Source of the DNA: Escherichia phage FL18
Sequence record: PP400780
Length of the DNA: 64,000 bases
Direction: 5' to 3' (one strand)
In this document: one piece after another, positions 46,100 through 54,467 of the stretch
Position numbering within the stretch: the first letter of the stretch is position 1
How the letters are laid out: each line of letters begins with the position of its first letter
Notes under the pieces: model-generated
Told to the model about the DNA's origin: nothing
Databases searched by the model: none
What the model saw: the letters and a program-made list of their open reading frames with translations, nothing else
Position numbers and translations under genes: made by a program

Positions 46100-46777
46100 A
46101 TGAGCACTGATGTTATTATAGATTTTGAAACATTCGGCAATACATCAAAAGCGGCTGTTATTGACCTTGCGGTTATTGCATATAATTCAGACCCTGAAGT
46201 TGTTGAATCATTTGAAGAACTTGTTCAACGAGGTAAGCGAATTAAATTTAATTTAGCTTCTCAAAAAGGGAAGCGAGTTTTCGCTAAATCCACTATGAAA
46301 TGGTGGAAAGAACAATCAGCAGAAGCACGTAAAAACCTGGCCCCGTCTGAAGACGATGTCACTACGCTTGAAGGCATTAAAATCTTTTTAGACTATTGCC
46401 GAGCTAATAAAGTTGACCAATGGAAATCACAGATGTGGTGCCGTGGTATGAGCTTTGACTTCCCGATCTTGGTCGATTTGATTCGTGACCTCTATCGTGA
46501 TGAAGGTGTTCTTGAACCAGATATTGATACTGATAAATTAGAACCTGTTAAATTCTGGGCTCAACGTGATATTCGTACGGCAATCGAAGCTTACTCGTTG
46601 ACACGAGGAGTAAGTATGTGTCCATTACCGATGGGTACGCTAAAAGGATTCGTTGCCCATGATAGTATTCATGATTGTGCTAAAGATATTTTGATGTTAA
46701 AATATGCTCAGCGTTATGCGCTTGGCCTTGAAGATGTCCCTGAGAATCCTGACCCGTTAAGTGTAAAACAGCGATAA
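46100..46777 (+). CDS. dexA: exonuclease A (DexA-like 3'-5' exonuclease)
   Basis: 225 aa; N-terminal IIDFETFG (DEDD-type motif) ; synteny after dda. Confidence 0.7.
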   Translation: MSTDVIIDFETFGNTSKAAVIDLAVIAYNSDPEVVESFEELVQRGKRIKFNLASQKGKRVFAKSTMKWWKEQSAEARKNLAPSEDDVTTLEGIKIFLDYCRANKVDQWKSQMWCRGMSFDFPILVDLIRDLYRDEGVLEPDIDTDKLEPVKFWAQRDIRTAIEAYSLTRGVSMCPLPMGTLKGFVAHDSIHDCAKDILMLKYAQRYALGLEDVPENPDPLSVKQR

Positions 46778-46781
46778 AATC

Positions 46782-46813
46782 AGTTTACAACCAAGGACGG
46801 TTGGAGTATAATC
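46782..46813 (+). promoter_or_regulatory. T4-type early promoter cassette GTTTACAACCAAGGACGGTTGGAGTATAAT
   Basis: near-identical copies at 5755-5783 and 47339-47371. Confidence 0.55.
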
Positions 46814-46843
46814 TTTCTATCTTAACCAAACAGGAAAAACATT

Positions 46844-47338
46844 ATGAATATCAATACTACGGCTACTTACATCCTGAAAGACGAAAAACAAATTAACTGG
46901 TATGGTGCTTCAGTGCGAGCTTATGAAAAGTTTTGTGAAATTTTAGGTGCCACTCAAGGTAATAGTTTCACTATTGTTAACTTCATCAAACAAGCTGAAG
47001 GCCCTTGGTTATTCTTAGAAATTAAAAATTCATATGGTACAATTTCTACTACCGCCCTTCCAAGCACCGACTTTGAACTGTTGATTGAAGAAGTAGAACC
47101 CGTTAAAGATATCTGTATTGATATGGATATCGCTTGTATGTACGGTACTCTGATTAAGCCTATTGAGCCTACTGATTTGTTGTGTAAAGCTGTTTCAATT
47201 CGACGTCCGTTCGCAGGTCCAGTAAATGGATGGGTGACTGATCAGTGGATTGAAGACGGTGTTGAACTTCTGAACGTTGTTCATGCAGGTGATTTTAGTG
47301 TAGTTCCACGTAGTGCTGTGGTTAATATCCTTAATTAA
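46844..47338 (+). CDS. hypothetical protein, member 1 of tandem paralog family
   Basis: C-terminus DQWIEDGVELLNVVHAGDFSVVP shared with two downstream ORFs. Confidence 0.55.
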   Translation: MNINTTATYILKDEKQINWYGASVRAYEKFCEILGATQGNSFTIVNFIKQAEGPWLFLEIKNSYGTISTTALPSTDFELLIEEVEPVKDICIDMDIACMYGTLIKPIEPTDLLCKAVSIRRPFAGPVNGWVTDQWIEDGVELLNVVHAGDFSVVPRSAVVNILN

Positions 47339-47372
47339 TGTTGTACATCCAAGGATGGATGGAGTATAATGA
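47338..47372 (+). promoter_or_regulatory. T4-type early promoter cassette GTTGTACATCCAAGGATGGATGGAGTATAAT
   Basis: copy of the 46782 cassette. Confidence 0.5.
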
Positions 47373-47400
47373 ATTCAACTTAAACAAAGAGAGAAAAATT

Positions 47401-47865
47401 ATGATTACTATTGGTGAAATTAAGCGTGTATCAACTGCATCCCGTTCTAAAGCCGCAGGTCGTCTGGTTGAAGTTGTCGGACTTCGCACAAATGGCATGG
47501 GACGTATTAAAGAAGTTAAAGTTCGAATCATTCCTAGTTTTGGACGTCAGGATACTCAGTACGCTTACGTAAGTCCTAAATTCTTGGAAACTCGTGTAAG
47601 TGCCCACTTTGCTTCAAGCGATATCGTTGAGCCTACTACACAGTTCAAATGGGCCCTTTGCAAAGGTGTTGAATTCCAGACTGATAAAGAATTTGACTTC
47701 ATCGATGAATACGGTTATCCAAGCAAAACTGATACTATGTGTGGCTTTATTAGTGACCAATGGGTTGAAGATGGTGAAAAGTTATACAATATCGTATTCT
47801 TAGGTGACTTCCGAGTTGTTAAAGAATCTGAAATCACTCGCTATGTGTCTCCTCGTAAAGCTTAA
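47401..47865 (+). CDS. hypothetical protein, member 2 of tandem paralog family
   Basis: ATG at 47401; C-terminus DQWVEDGEKLYNIVFLGDFRVV. Confidence 0.55.
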   Translation: MITIGEIKRVSTASRSKAAGRLVEVVGLRTNGMGRIKEVKVRIIPSFGRQDTQYAYVSPKFLETRVSAHFASSDIVEPTTQFKWALCKGVEFQTDKEFDFIDEYGYPSKTDTMCGFISDQWVEDGEKLYNIVFLGDFRVVKESEITRYVSPRKA

Positions 47866-47874
47866 GGAATTATT

Positions 47875-48294
47875 ATGAATATTGTAAATCTCTCTACAGG
47901 TGATTACGTATATGTATCTGTTGCTTCTCGCTCTAAAGTTGCCGGGAAGTTGGTTGAAGTTCTTTCTGTGAGTGATCCGGTTTTTGGACGTAACGAAGTT
48001 AAAGTTCGTGATGCTGATGGTAACATTGGTTACGTTAAAAGCCAATTCATTGAACCAGAAGAAAAAGCGTTCAAATGGGGACTATGCAGATCAGTTTCTG
48101 TTGAAAAAGACCATGAATTCACTATTGCTGCGGCAACTGATGGAACACCGTGGAAAACTAAGCAAATCGCCGGATTTATTAGCGACCGTTGGGTAGAAGA
48201 TGGTGTTAAGCTTTATAACATCGTTTTCGCTGGTCAGTTCATGGTAGTTCCTGAATTCCAAATTAAAAAATATAGCCCAGCTGCTTTCGCATAA
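47875..48294 (+). CDS. hypothetical protein, member 3 of tandem paralog family
   Basis: C-terminus DRWVEDGVKLYNIVFAGQFMVVP; N-terminal VSVASRSKVAGKLVEV similar to member 2. Confidence 0.55.
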   Translation: MNIVNLSTGDYVYVSVASRSKVAGKLVEVLSVSDPVFGRNEVKVRDADGNIGYVKSQFIEPEEKAFKWGLCRSVSVEKDHEFTIAAATDGTPWKTKQIAGFISDRWVEDGVKLYNIVFAGQFMVVPEFQIKKYSPAAFA

Positions 48295-48296
48295 AA

Positions 48297-48348
48297 TTGT
48301 TTACTTCTCCTCTGGTTTTGATATTATAACCATATCAACCAGAGGAGA
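48297..48348 (+). promoter_or_regulatory. T4-type early promoter with -10 flanked by perfect 11-bp inverted repeat (CTCCTCTGGTT / AACCAGAGGAG)
   Basis: ttgtttacttctcctctggttttgatattataaccatatcaaccagaggag; 3' arm contains the SD. Confidence 0.55.
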
Positions 48349-48353
48349 ATAAT

Positions 48354-48878
48354 ATGTTAGTTTACCGCGTAGAACGTAGTTTTTGTACTCAACGTGAATC
48401 ATTACCAGGAATTGCTATCGAAGACGGTAAAGCCGTCAGAATTTGGGAAACCTCTTGGAATAAAGAACCTCGCTCGCCATACGGTTGGTCGGGTGCCGAC
48501 AACTCTGAAGAAACATGGGAGTTCCTTGATAAACATGGAATAATCTCAGGTAACTTCTACCATCACGGCGACAACTATAATGTCCCTAATCGTCCTACAG
48601 TAAATGAAGACAAACTCCTTGAACAAAATATCTTAAGATACTATAGAATTGAGCACGCATTTGAATTGAGTGAAGATTGGGCTCAAGGGTTCTATTTTGG
48701 ATTTGAAAGTGTTGACGCGGTTTATGCATGGTTTGATGACCAGGTGGATGTTGAACTCTTGAAAGCTAAAGGATACTACATCGCGGTCTATGAAGCACCT
48801 GATTTCATCCTCGGAAGTTGTCAATTAATGTTTAGACGTTCATTGGCAGAACAAGTTGATTTTATTTTGCTAAAATGA
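48354..48878 (+). CDS. hypothetical protein (174 aa)
   Basis: ORF-track entry. Confidence 0.5.
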   Translation: MLVYRVERSFCTQRESLPGIAIEDGKAVRIWETSWNKEPRSPYGWSGADNSEETWEFLDKHGIISGNFYHHGDNYNVPNRPTVNEDKLLEQNILRYYRIEHAFELSEDWAQGFYFGFESVDAVYAWFDDQVDVELLKAKGYYIAVYEAPDFILGSCQLMFRRSLAEQVDFILLK

Positions 48879-48879
48879 T

Positions 48880-48929
48880 GTACAACAACTATGGTCTATG
48901 ATACTATAGACCTATCAAAACAAGAGGAG
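48880..48929 (+). promoter_or_regulatory. T4-type early promoter with stem-loop (GGTCTA / TAGACC) and conserved leader
   Basis: tgatgtacaacaactatggtctatgatactatagacctatcaaaacaagaggag. Confidence 0.5.
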
Positions 48930-48935
48930 AATATT

Positions 48936-49163
48936 ATGAAACGTCAAATCATTAAAAACGTAACTACTGATTCAAACATCGATGAGTTTGAAGATGTTCT
49001 GTTTAATCCTGATTTAGTTGTTGTACAGAAAAACTGGACCGAATTTTTATGCTACACCGAAGTGGTTTACGTTTACGAAAAACTCGGCGATGAAATGCCT
49101 ATCTATGGTATCTTCCGTGAAATCACTGAAAATGGTACAACTTATTGGAAGGAAACTTACTAA
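48936..49163 (+). CDS. hypothetical protein (75 aa)
   Basis: ATG at 48936 after GAGGAG SD; ORF-track start 48891 lies in the promoter. Confidence 0.5.
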   Translation: MKRQIIKNVTTDSNIDEFEDVLFNPDLVVVQKNWTEFLCYTEVVYVYEKLGDEMPIYGIFREITENGTTYWKETY

Positions 49164-49573
49164 TGGCTAATAAATTCCGCGTTAACTCATGGTACCAATT
49201 TATAGATAAACGTGCCCAAGAAGAGTTTATTAAAGACCACACTGATAATGGGATTTATTCACGACGTCTTGGCATGGAACCATTTAAAGTATTAGATGTT
49301 GACCATCTTGGACGTCCTACTAAAATTGTGACATCTACTGGCACGGTTGGATATGCATCAGGCGGTGATATCCTTGATGAAAACTTTATCTGGCTTTCCA
49401 CGAATGAAGCAGAGTTCTTTGACGAAGTTGAAAATCCGTATCAAGCGTCCGAAGAGCAAGATTCTGGTGAACTTGATGAATTGTCTGAATTTCCGGCGAT
49501 GACGATTACTATCGAAAATAACGACCAGGCATGGTCTTTGTATCAAATGTTGAAAGCACATTTTAAGGAATAA
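49163..49573 (+). CDS. hypothetical acidic protein (136 aa)
   Basis: ATG at 49163 (TAATG overlap) within ORF-track entry 49145..49573. Confidence 0.5.
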   Translation: MANKFRVNSWYQFIDKRAQEEFIKDHTDNGIYSRRLGMEPFKVLDVDHLGRPTKIVTSTGTVGYASGGDILDENFIWLSTNEAEFFDEVENPYQASEEQDSGELDELSEFPAMTITIENNDQAWSLYQMLKAHFKE

Positions 49574-49575
49574 TA

Positions 49576-49755
49576 ATGCCGTTATACGACTATAAATGCC
49601 AATCTGAAGATTGTGGACATGAATATGAAAAAATTAAAAGGATTTCTGAACGAGAAAACGATGTTTGCCCTGAATGTCATCGTCTGTCTACTCGTCGGGT
49701 TTCTGCTCCTAAACATGTGAACGGTGGTTTTTACGACTTACTTAAGAAGGGTTAA
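49576..49755 (+). CDS. zinc-ribbon protein (FmdB-like, 59 aa)
   Basis: manual translation MPLYDYKCQSEDCGHEYEKIKRISERENDVCPECHR...; two CxxC pairs; below ORF-track cutoff. Confidence 0.5.
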   Translation: MPLYDYKCQSEDCGHEYEKIKRISERENDVCPECHRLSTRRVSAPKHVNGGFYDLLKKG

Positions 49756-49757
49756 TT

Positions 49758-50183
49758 ATGGCTTTTAAAGGTTTTGAAGTTGGTAAGAAATATCGTATTA
49801 TCAAAGGACAGGAAGATAATTTCTTGAGAATTCTTAATACGACTGGTAAACGTCTTAATACTAATCTGCATACTACTTTATTGTCCAAAGATTTTATTGT
49901 GGAAGAGATGATTGGTTACGGTGTTTCGGTTATTGCTGTAGAAGCCGTAGGCGATTATGGCCGAACTATTCATAGTATGCAAGGTGATATTCTGCTTTAT
50001 GGTGCAGAATTTAAATTCTTTGAAGAAGTTCCGGAACCAGATACAGCTGTCGATTTCAAAAAAGGCTCTATAGAATTTGTTGATGGTTCGGTGATCGTAT
50101 CAGGCGATGTGGTCATTACAGTTAAAAGTGAACAAGGGCGTTTGGCTGCAATCGATACACTTCAGAAAATTAAATTTAAATAA
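49758..50183 (+). CDS. hypothetical protein (141 aa)
   Basis: ORF-track entry; followed by terminator. Confidence 0.5.
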   Translation: MAFKGFEVGKKYRIIKGQEDNFLRILNTTGKRLNTNLHTTLLSKDFIVEEMIGYGVSVIAVEAVGDYGRTIHSMQGDILLYGAEFKFFEEVPEPDTAVDFKKGSIEFVDGSVIVSGDVVITVKSEQGRLAAIDTLQKIKFK

Positions 50184-50200
50184 GGGCTTCGGCCCTTTTT
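50182..50200 (+). terminator. rho-independent terminator (AAGGGC-TTCG-GCCCTT-TTT), same motif as at 12576
   Basis: identical stem-loop sequence to the 12576 terminator. Confidence 0.6.
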
Positions 50201-50246
50201 GCTTTAGATTTCGGATGATAGAATACCTTCATAACGAGGAGACAAC

Positions 50247-52064
50247 ATGATTAAAAATGAAATTAAGGTATTGACAGATGTAGAACATATTAAGAAACGT
50301 AGTGGTATGTATATTGGTTCTTCGGCTAAAGAAGCACATGAGCGTTTTTTGTTTGGTAAATATCAACAAGTTGAATATGTTCCTGGTCTGGTTAAATTAA
50401 TCGATGAGATTATTGACAACTCGGTTGATGAAGCTATTCGTACATCATTTAAGTTTGCAAATAAAATTGATGTGCAAATTAAAAATAATCAAGTTTCGGT
50501 GGAAGATAACGGACGTGGTATTCCTCAAGGTTTAGTTACTGACCAAACAGGTGAACAAATTCCTGGTCCTGTAGCGGCCTGGACTATTCCAAAGGCTGGT
50601 GGTAACTTTGGTGATGATTCTGAACGCAAGACTGGTGGTATGAACGGCGTCGGGAGTAGTTTAACTAATATCTTCTCTACGTTGTTTACAGGCATCACGT
50701 CAGATGGCGAAAACGAAATCACTGTTAACTGTTCAAACGGAATGGAAAACAAATCATGGTCTTCTAAGAAATCTAAAGGTAAAGGCACTAAAGTAATCTT
50801 CACTCCTGATTTCTCTTCATTTGAAGAACATAATTTATCTCAAATTTATTTAGATATTACTTTAGACCGACTTCAAACATTGGCAGTCGTTTATCCTGAT
50901 ATCAAGTTCACATTTAATGGTAAAAAGGTTGATGGTAATTTTAAACGATTTGCTAAACAATTTGGTGAAGATAACATCATTCAAGAAAATGATAAAGTCT
51001 CTATAGCATTCACAACATCACCAGATGGCTTCCGTCATTTAACTTATGTGAATAACATCCATACTAAAAATGGTGGCCATCATGTTGAATGCGTAATGGA
51101 TGATATCTGCGAACATCTTTTGCCGGGTATTAAAAAGAAATATAAGGGTATTGAAGTCACTAAAGCTCGTGTTAAAGAATGCCTCACAATGTTGATGTTT
51201 ATTAGAGACATGAGCAACATGCGTTTTGATTCTCAGACTAAAGAACGTTTAACGTCAACGTATGGTGATATTCGTAATCATATCCAATTAGATGCTAAGA
51301 AAATTGCTCAGGCACTTCTTAAAAACGAAGCCTTGATTATGCCTATTGTTGAAGCAGCATTAGCTCGTAAATTGGCAGCAGAAAAGGCTGCAGAAACTAA
51401 AGCAGCTAAAAAGGCAACTAAAGCTAAGGTTCATAAGCATATTAAAGCTAACCAATGTGGTAAAGATGCAGATACGACATTGTTTTTAACAGAAGGTGAT
51501 TCGGCAATTGGTTATCTCATTGATGTTCGTGACCGTGAACTACACGGCGGATTCCCATTACGTGGTAAGGTGATGAATAGCTGGGGTATGTCATATGCTG
51601 ATATGATGAAGAACAAAGAGCTCTTTGATATCTGTGCTATCACAGGTCTTATTCTTGGTGAAAAGGCAGAGAATACGAACTATCGTAATATTGCAATTAT
51701 GACCGATGCCGATCACGACGGTCTTGGAAGTATTTATCCTGCTTTGCTTGCTTTCTTTAGTAATTGGCCCGAATTGTTTGAACAAGGACGTATTCGCTTT
51801 GTTAAAACACCTGTAATTATTGCACAAATTGGCAAAACTCAAAAATGGTTTTATACTGTAGCTGAGTATGAAGAAGTTAAAGATACACTGCCTAAGCATA
51901 GTATTCGATACATCAAGGGATTAGGCTCCCTTGAAAAGTCAGAGTATCGTGAAATGATTCAGAACCCTGTGTACGACGTAGTTAAACTTCCTGAAAATTG
52001 GAAAGAACTCTTTGAAATGTTGTTGGGTGATGATTCAGAACTTCGTAAAGAATGGATGTCCTAA
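50247..52064 (+). CDS. 39: DNA topoisomerase II large subunit (fused gene 39 + gene 60 equivalent; GyrB-like ATPase + Toprim)
   Basis: 605 aa single ORF; GHKL motifs (EIIDNSVDE, EDNGRGIP) and C-terminal MTDADHDGLGSIYPALLAFFSNWPELFEQGRIRF matching recalled T4 gp60; no interruption. Confidence 0.9.
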   Translation: MIKNEIKVLTDVEHIKKRSGMYIGSSAKEAHERFLFGKYQQVEYVPGLVKLIDEIIDNSVDEAIRTSFKFANKIDVQIKNNQVSVEDNGRGIPQGLVTDQTGEQIPGPVAAWTIPKAGGNFGDDSERKTGGMNGVGSSLTNIFSTLFTGITSDGENEITVNCSNGMENKSWSSKKSKGKGTKVIFTPDFSSFEEHNLSQIYLDITLDRLQTLAVVYPDIKFTFNGKKVDGNFKRFAKQFGEDNIIQENDKVSIAFTTSPDGFRHLTYVNNIHTKNGGHHVECVMDDICEHLLPGIKKKYKGIEVTKARVKECLTMLMFIRDMSNMRFDSQTKERLTSTYGDIRNHIQLDAKKIAQALLKNEALIMPIVEAALARKLAAEKAAETKAAKKATKAKVHKHIKANQCGKDADTTLFLTEGDSAIGYLIDVRDRELHGGFPLRGKVMNSWGMSYADMMKNKELFDICAITGLILGEKAENTNYRNIAIMTDADHDGLGSIYPALLAFFSNWPELFEQGRIRFVKTPVIIAQIGKTQKWFYTVAEYEEVKDTLPKHSIRYIKGLGSLEKSEYREMIQNPVYDVVKLPENWKELFEMLLGDDSELRKEWMS

Positions 52065-52090
52065 GCTCCTTCGGGAGCTTCATTTTAATT
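52063..52090 (+). terminator. stem-loop AAGCTCC-TTCG-GGAGCTT followed by T-rich tract
   Basis: inverted repeat overlapping gene 39 stop. Confidence 0.5.
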
Positions 52091-52106
52091 TTAATAAGGC
52101 TTAATT

Positions 52107-53207
52107 ATGAAAGTTATGTTTATCCCATCTCGCGCAGTCCCATTTAACCCAGAACGTGTACAAGGTGGTCTTGAAGCAGTACATTTAAATGTGTTGAAAT
52201 ATCTTGTGTCCATCGGTGCTGATATTGATTATATCGGCTTTGATAATGACACGTTTGGTGACTGGAAGGTTAATCATCATCCTGTTGGTCATCTGACTAA
52301 ATTCAGTCTAGGTATGAGTTATACTATGGCTCGTAAGATTGTTGAACTAGCCGGCATTAATGAGTACGATTTCGTTGTTACAATGGAACCGACCAAACTA
52401 ACCGTTCAGGCAATTAAAGACGCAGGTCTCTCTAAAGTTCATAAGAATTTTATGGCAACACCATTTGAACCAGTATCTCGTGGCATTGTTCAAATTTGGG
52501 ACCAGACTATTCAAATTCATAAGAACGGTGGTAAGAGTTATGCTCCTACTAAAGCCTTCCGTGAATTTGAACGCAAATATTGTTATATGACTTCAGGTCT
52601 GACTGACAAAATTGATTATGATTATTGGCGAGCAAATCCGTTGTTTGAAGCCGAAGATTATCCGGTTATTTGTTTGAATGATAAACCTGAAGTTCTTCCG
52701 GCGACGGATCTGATTATTAGTGCACAACGTTATGACACTAAAATGCGTCGTACTGATGTTGCTCTTGAAGCGATTAAAGCACTAGGCGAAAATGGTGCAG
52801 GATACTGTCCAAGCAAATGGGCGCCACCGGCTAAATATCCTGTTATTATTGATGCTCCACACAGTGAAATTATGGAACGTCTTAAAACAGCTAAAGCACT
52901 TATTAATACGTGTCCTGACACAGGTACGGTAGAGAATAGTTCTATTGAAGCCATCTCTAAAGGTGTCCCTGTAATCCAGTTAGTTTTTAAGGATTATCCT
53001 CATGCGACATTTGAATACGACCCAGATACTGTGCGTGTAGAAATTGATTCCTCTACTCCTAAGAAAGAAGTAGTTGCGCTTTACACAAAAGCTGTATTAG
53101 AATTCACTGACACATACGAAGCTCGAGTTAAACGTGCTGAAGCTGTATGGAAGAAGTATAACCGAGATGCAGTTGTTGCGATGTGGGATAAAATCTTCAC
53201 AGCGTAA
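52107..53207 (+). CDS. putative glycosyltransferase (GT-B fold, GT4-like)
   Basis: N-terminus MKVMFIPSRAVPFNPERVQGGLEAVHLNVLKYL and C-terminal ENSSIEAISKGVPVIQ resemble GT4 N-terminal and EX7E-region motifs; judged by eye. Confidence 0.45.
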   Translation: MKVMFIPSRAVPFNPERVQGGLEAVHLNVLKYLVSIGADIDYIGFDNDTFGDWKVNHHPVGHLTKFSLGMSYTMARKIVELAGINEYDFVVTMEPTKLTVQAIKDAGLSKVHKNFMATPFEPVSRGIVQIWDQTIQIHKNGGKSYAPTKAFREFERKYCYMTSGLTDKIDYDYWRANPLFEAEDYPVICLNDKPEVLPATDLIISAQRYDTKMRRTDVALEAIKALGENGAGYCPSKWAPPAKYPVIIDAPHSEIMERLKTAKALINTCPDTGTVENSSIEAISKGVPVIQLVFKDYPHATFEYDPDTVRVEIDSSTPKKEVVALYTKAVLEFTDTYEARVKRAEAVWKKYNRDAVVAMWDKIFTA

Positions 53208-53299
53208 ATCCTGAATAGCCTGAGGCACTATTACACATAAGATGATAGATTATATGGTCTTTAGTAATAGTGCCCTAGGAATCTACTGAAGAGAATATT

Positions 53300-53500
53300 A
53301 TGAGAACATATAACGTGGACTTGGAACTTTTTGATAAAGCAGTGCTCCGGGAATTCCGGCTTATCCAAAGATTTTTTGATATCGAGTCAGCAGAGTCCTT
53401 TAAAGAACGCTTTAAAGAAATTCGATATAAAATACAAACCGATACAGCTACTAAAGAAGAACTTCTCGAAGTGGCAGAAATTTTTAAACGTAACTTGTGA
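53300..53500 (+). CDS. hypothetical protein (66 aa)
   Basis: ORF-track entry. Confidence 0.45.
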   Translation: MRTYNVDLELFDKAVLREFRLIQRFFDIESAESFKERFKEIRYKIQTDTATKEELLEVAEIFKRNL

Positions 53501-53512
53501 TGAGAGAAAAAT

Positions 53513-54325
53513 ATGATTATTGAAACGGCTAAAGAAACGATTATTGGTTCTGGTGGTAAAAGCACAGCATTTACTATTCAAGGCAATAGCAAAGTTTATA
53601 AGATTTTGTCTAATGACCTTTATACAAACAAAGAATTGGCTTGTGTACGTGAATTAATCACAAACTGTATCGATGGACAAATTCTTAATGGTTGCACTGA
53701 TAAGTTTATTGTTCAGGCTCCAGGTCGTTTAGACCCACGTTTTGTAGTTCGAGACTTTGGTCCTGGTATGAGTGATTTCACCATTCGAGGTAATGACGAA
53801 GAGCCAGGAATCTATAACTCATATTTTGCTTCAACTAAAACATCGAGTAACGATTTCATTGGTGGATTCGGACTCGGCTCTAAAGCTCCACTAGCATATA
53901 CCGATACGTTTAACATTACTTCTTATCATAATGGTGAAGTTCGTGGTTATGTAATTTATCAAGATGACAGTGGTCCACAGATTAAGCCAACCTTCGTAGA
54001 TAAGATGGGTCCTGATGACCGGACCGGCGTTGAAGTAGTTGTGCCTGTTAACCCAGAAGATTTTGAAAAGTTCGCATCCGAAATTGCATATGTTATGCGT
54101 CCTCTAGGTGATATTGCAGAAGTTCGCGGTGTTAAAGATATCAAATACTTTCCTGAATTCGATGATGTTTATTTAGCCAAGGAAGCTCCATGGGGTGAAC
54201 GTGGTAATATCATGGCTGTTTATGGTGGTATTGTATATCCAATCGGAAGTGTTATTAAAGAACAAACCTGGATGATGACGCGATGCACACTACGGCTGGT
54301 TAGAATGCAACGAAGTTGTTATTGA
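53513..54325 (+). CDS. rIIA: rIIA-like protein, N-terminal GHKL ATPase domain (apparently truncated/frameshifted)
   Basis: GHKL N-box ELITNCID, G1 box DFGPGM, G2 box GGFGLGSK; only 270 aa before stop versus about 725 aa in T4 rIIA. Confidence 0.6.
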   Translation: MIIETAKETIIGSGGKSTAFTIQGNSKVYKILSNDLYTNKELACVRELITNCIDGQILNGCTDKFIVQAPGRLDPRFVVRDFGPGMSDFTIRGNDEEPGIYNSYFASTKTSSNDFIGGFGLGSKAPLAYTDTFNITSYHNGEVRGYVIYQDDSGPQIKPTFVDKMGPDDRTGVEVVVPVNPEDFEKFASEIAYVMRPLGDIAEVRGVKDIKYFPEFDDVYLAKEAPWGERGNIMAVYGGIVYPIGSVIKEQTWMMTRCTLRLVRMQRSCY

Positions 54326-54467
54326 AATCCCACCGGTAGATGCAGAATATCTTGAAGAAGGAGACCGCATTTATTTTGGCGAACTACACATCAGAGGTAT
54401 CTATGGTAAAGACGAACTTGGGGCTGTTGAGGCTGAAGAGTCTTCCGACATTTATCCTGTCGAATGA
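54279..54467 (+). other. open frame-0 segment plausibly continuing rIIA after a +1 frame change
   Basis: translation [40 protein letters not shown]... resembles recalled T4 rIIA region ...NWLSIRNEVNYIKFP... Confidence 0.35.

Noticed and set aside
54273-54300. rIIA frame break as a gene-60-style programmed translational bypass
   Set aside because: No take-off/landing matched codons or take-off hairpin resembling the T4 gene 60 hop were seen; a simple indel or pseudogenisation is more parsimonious, though not excluded.
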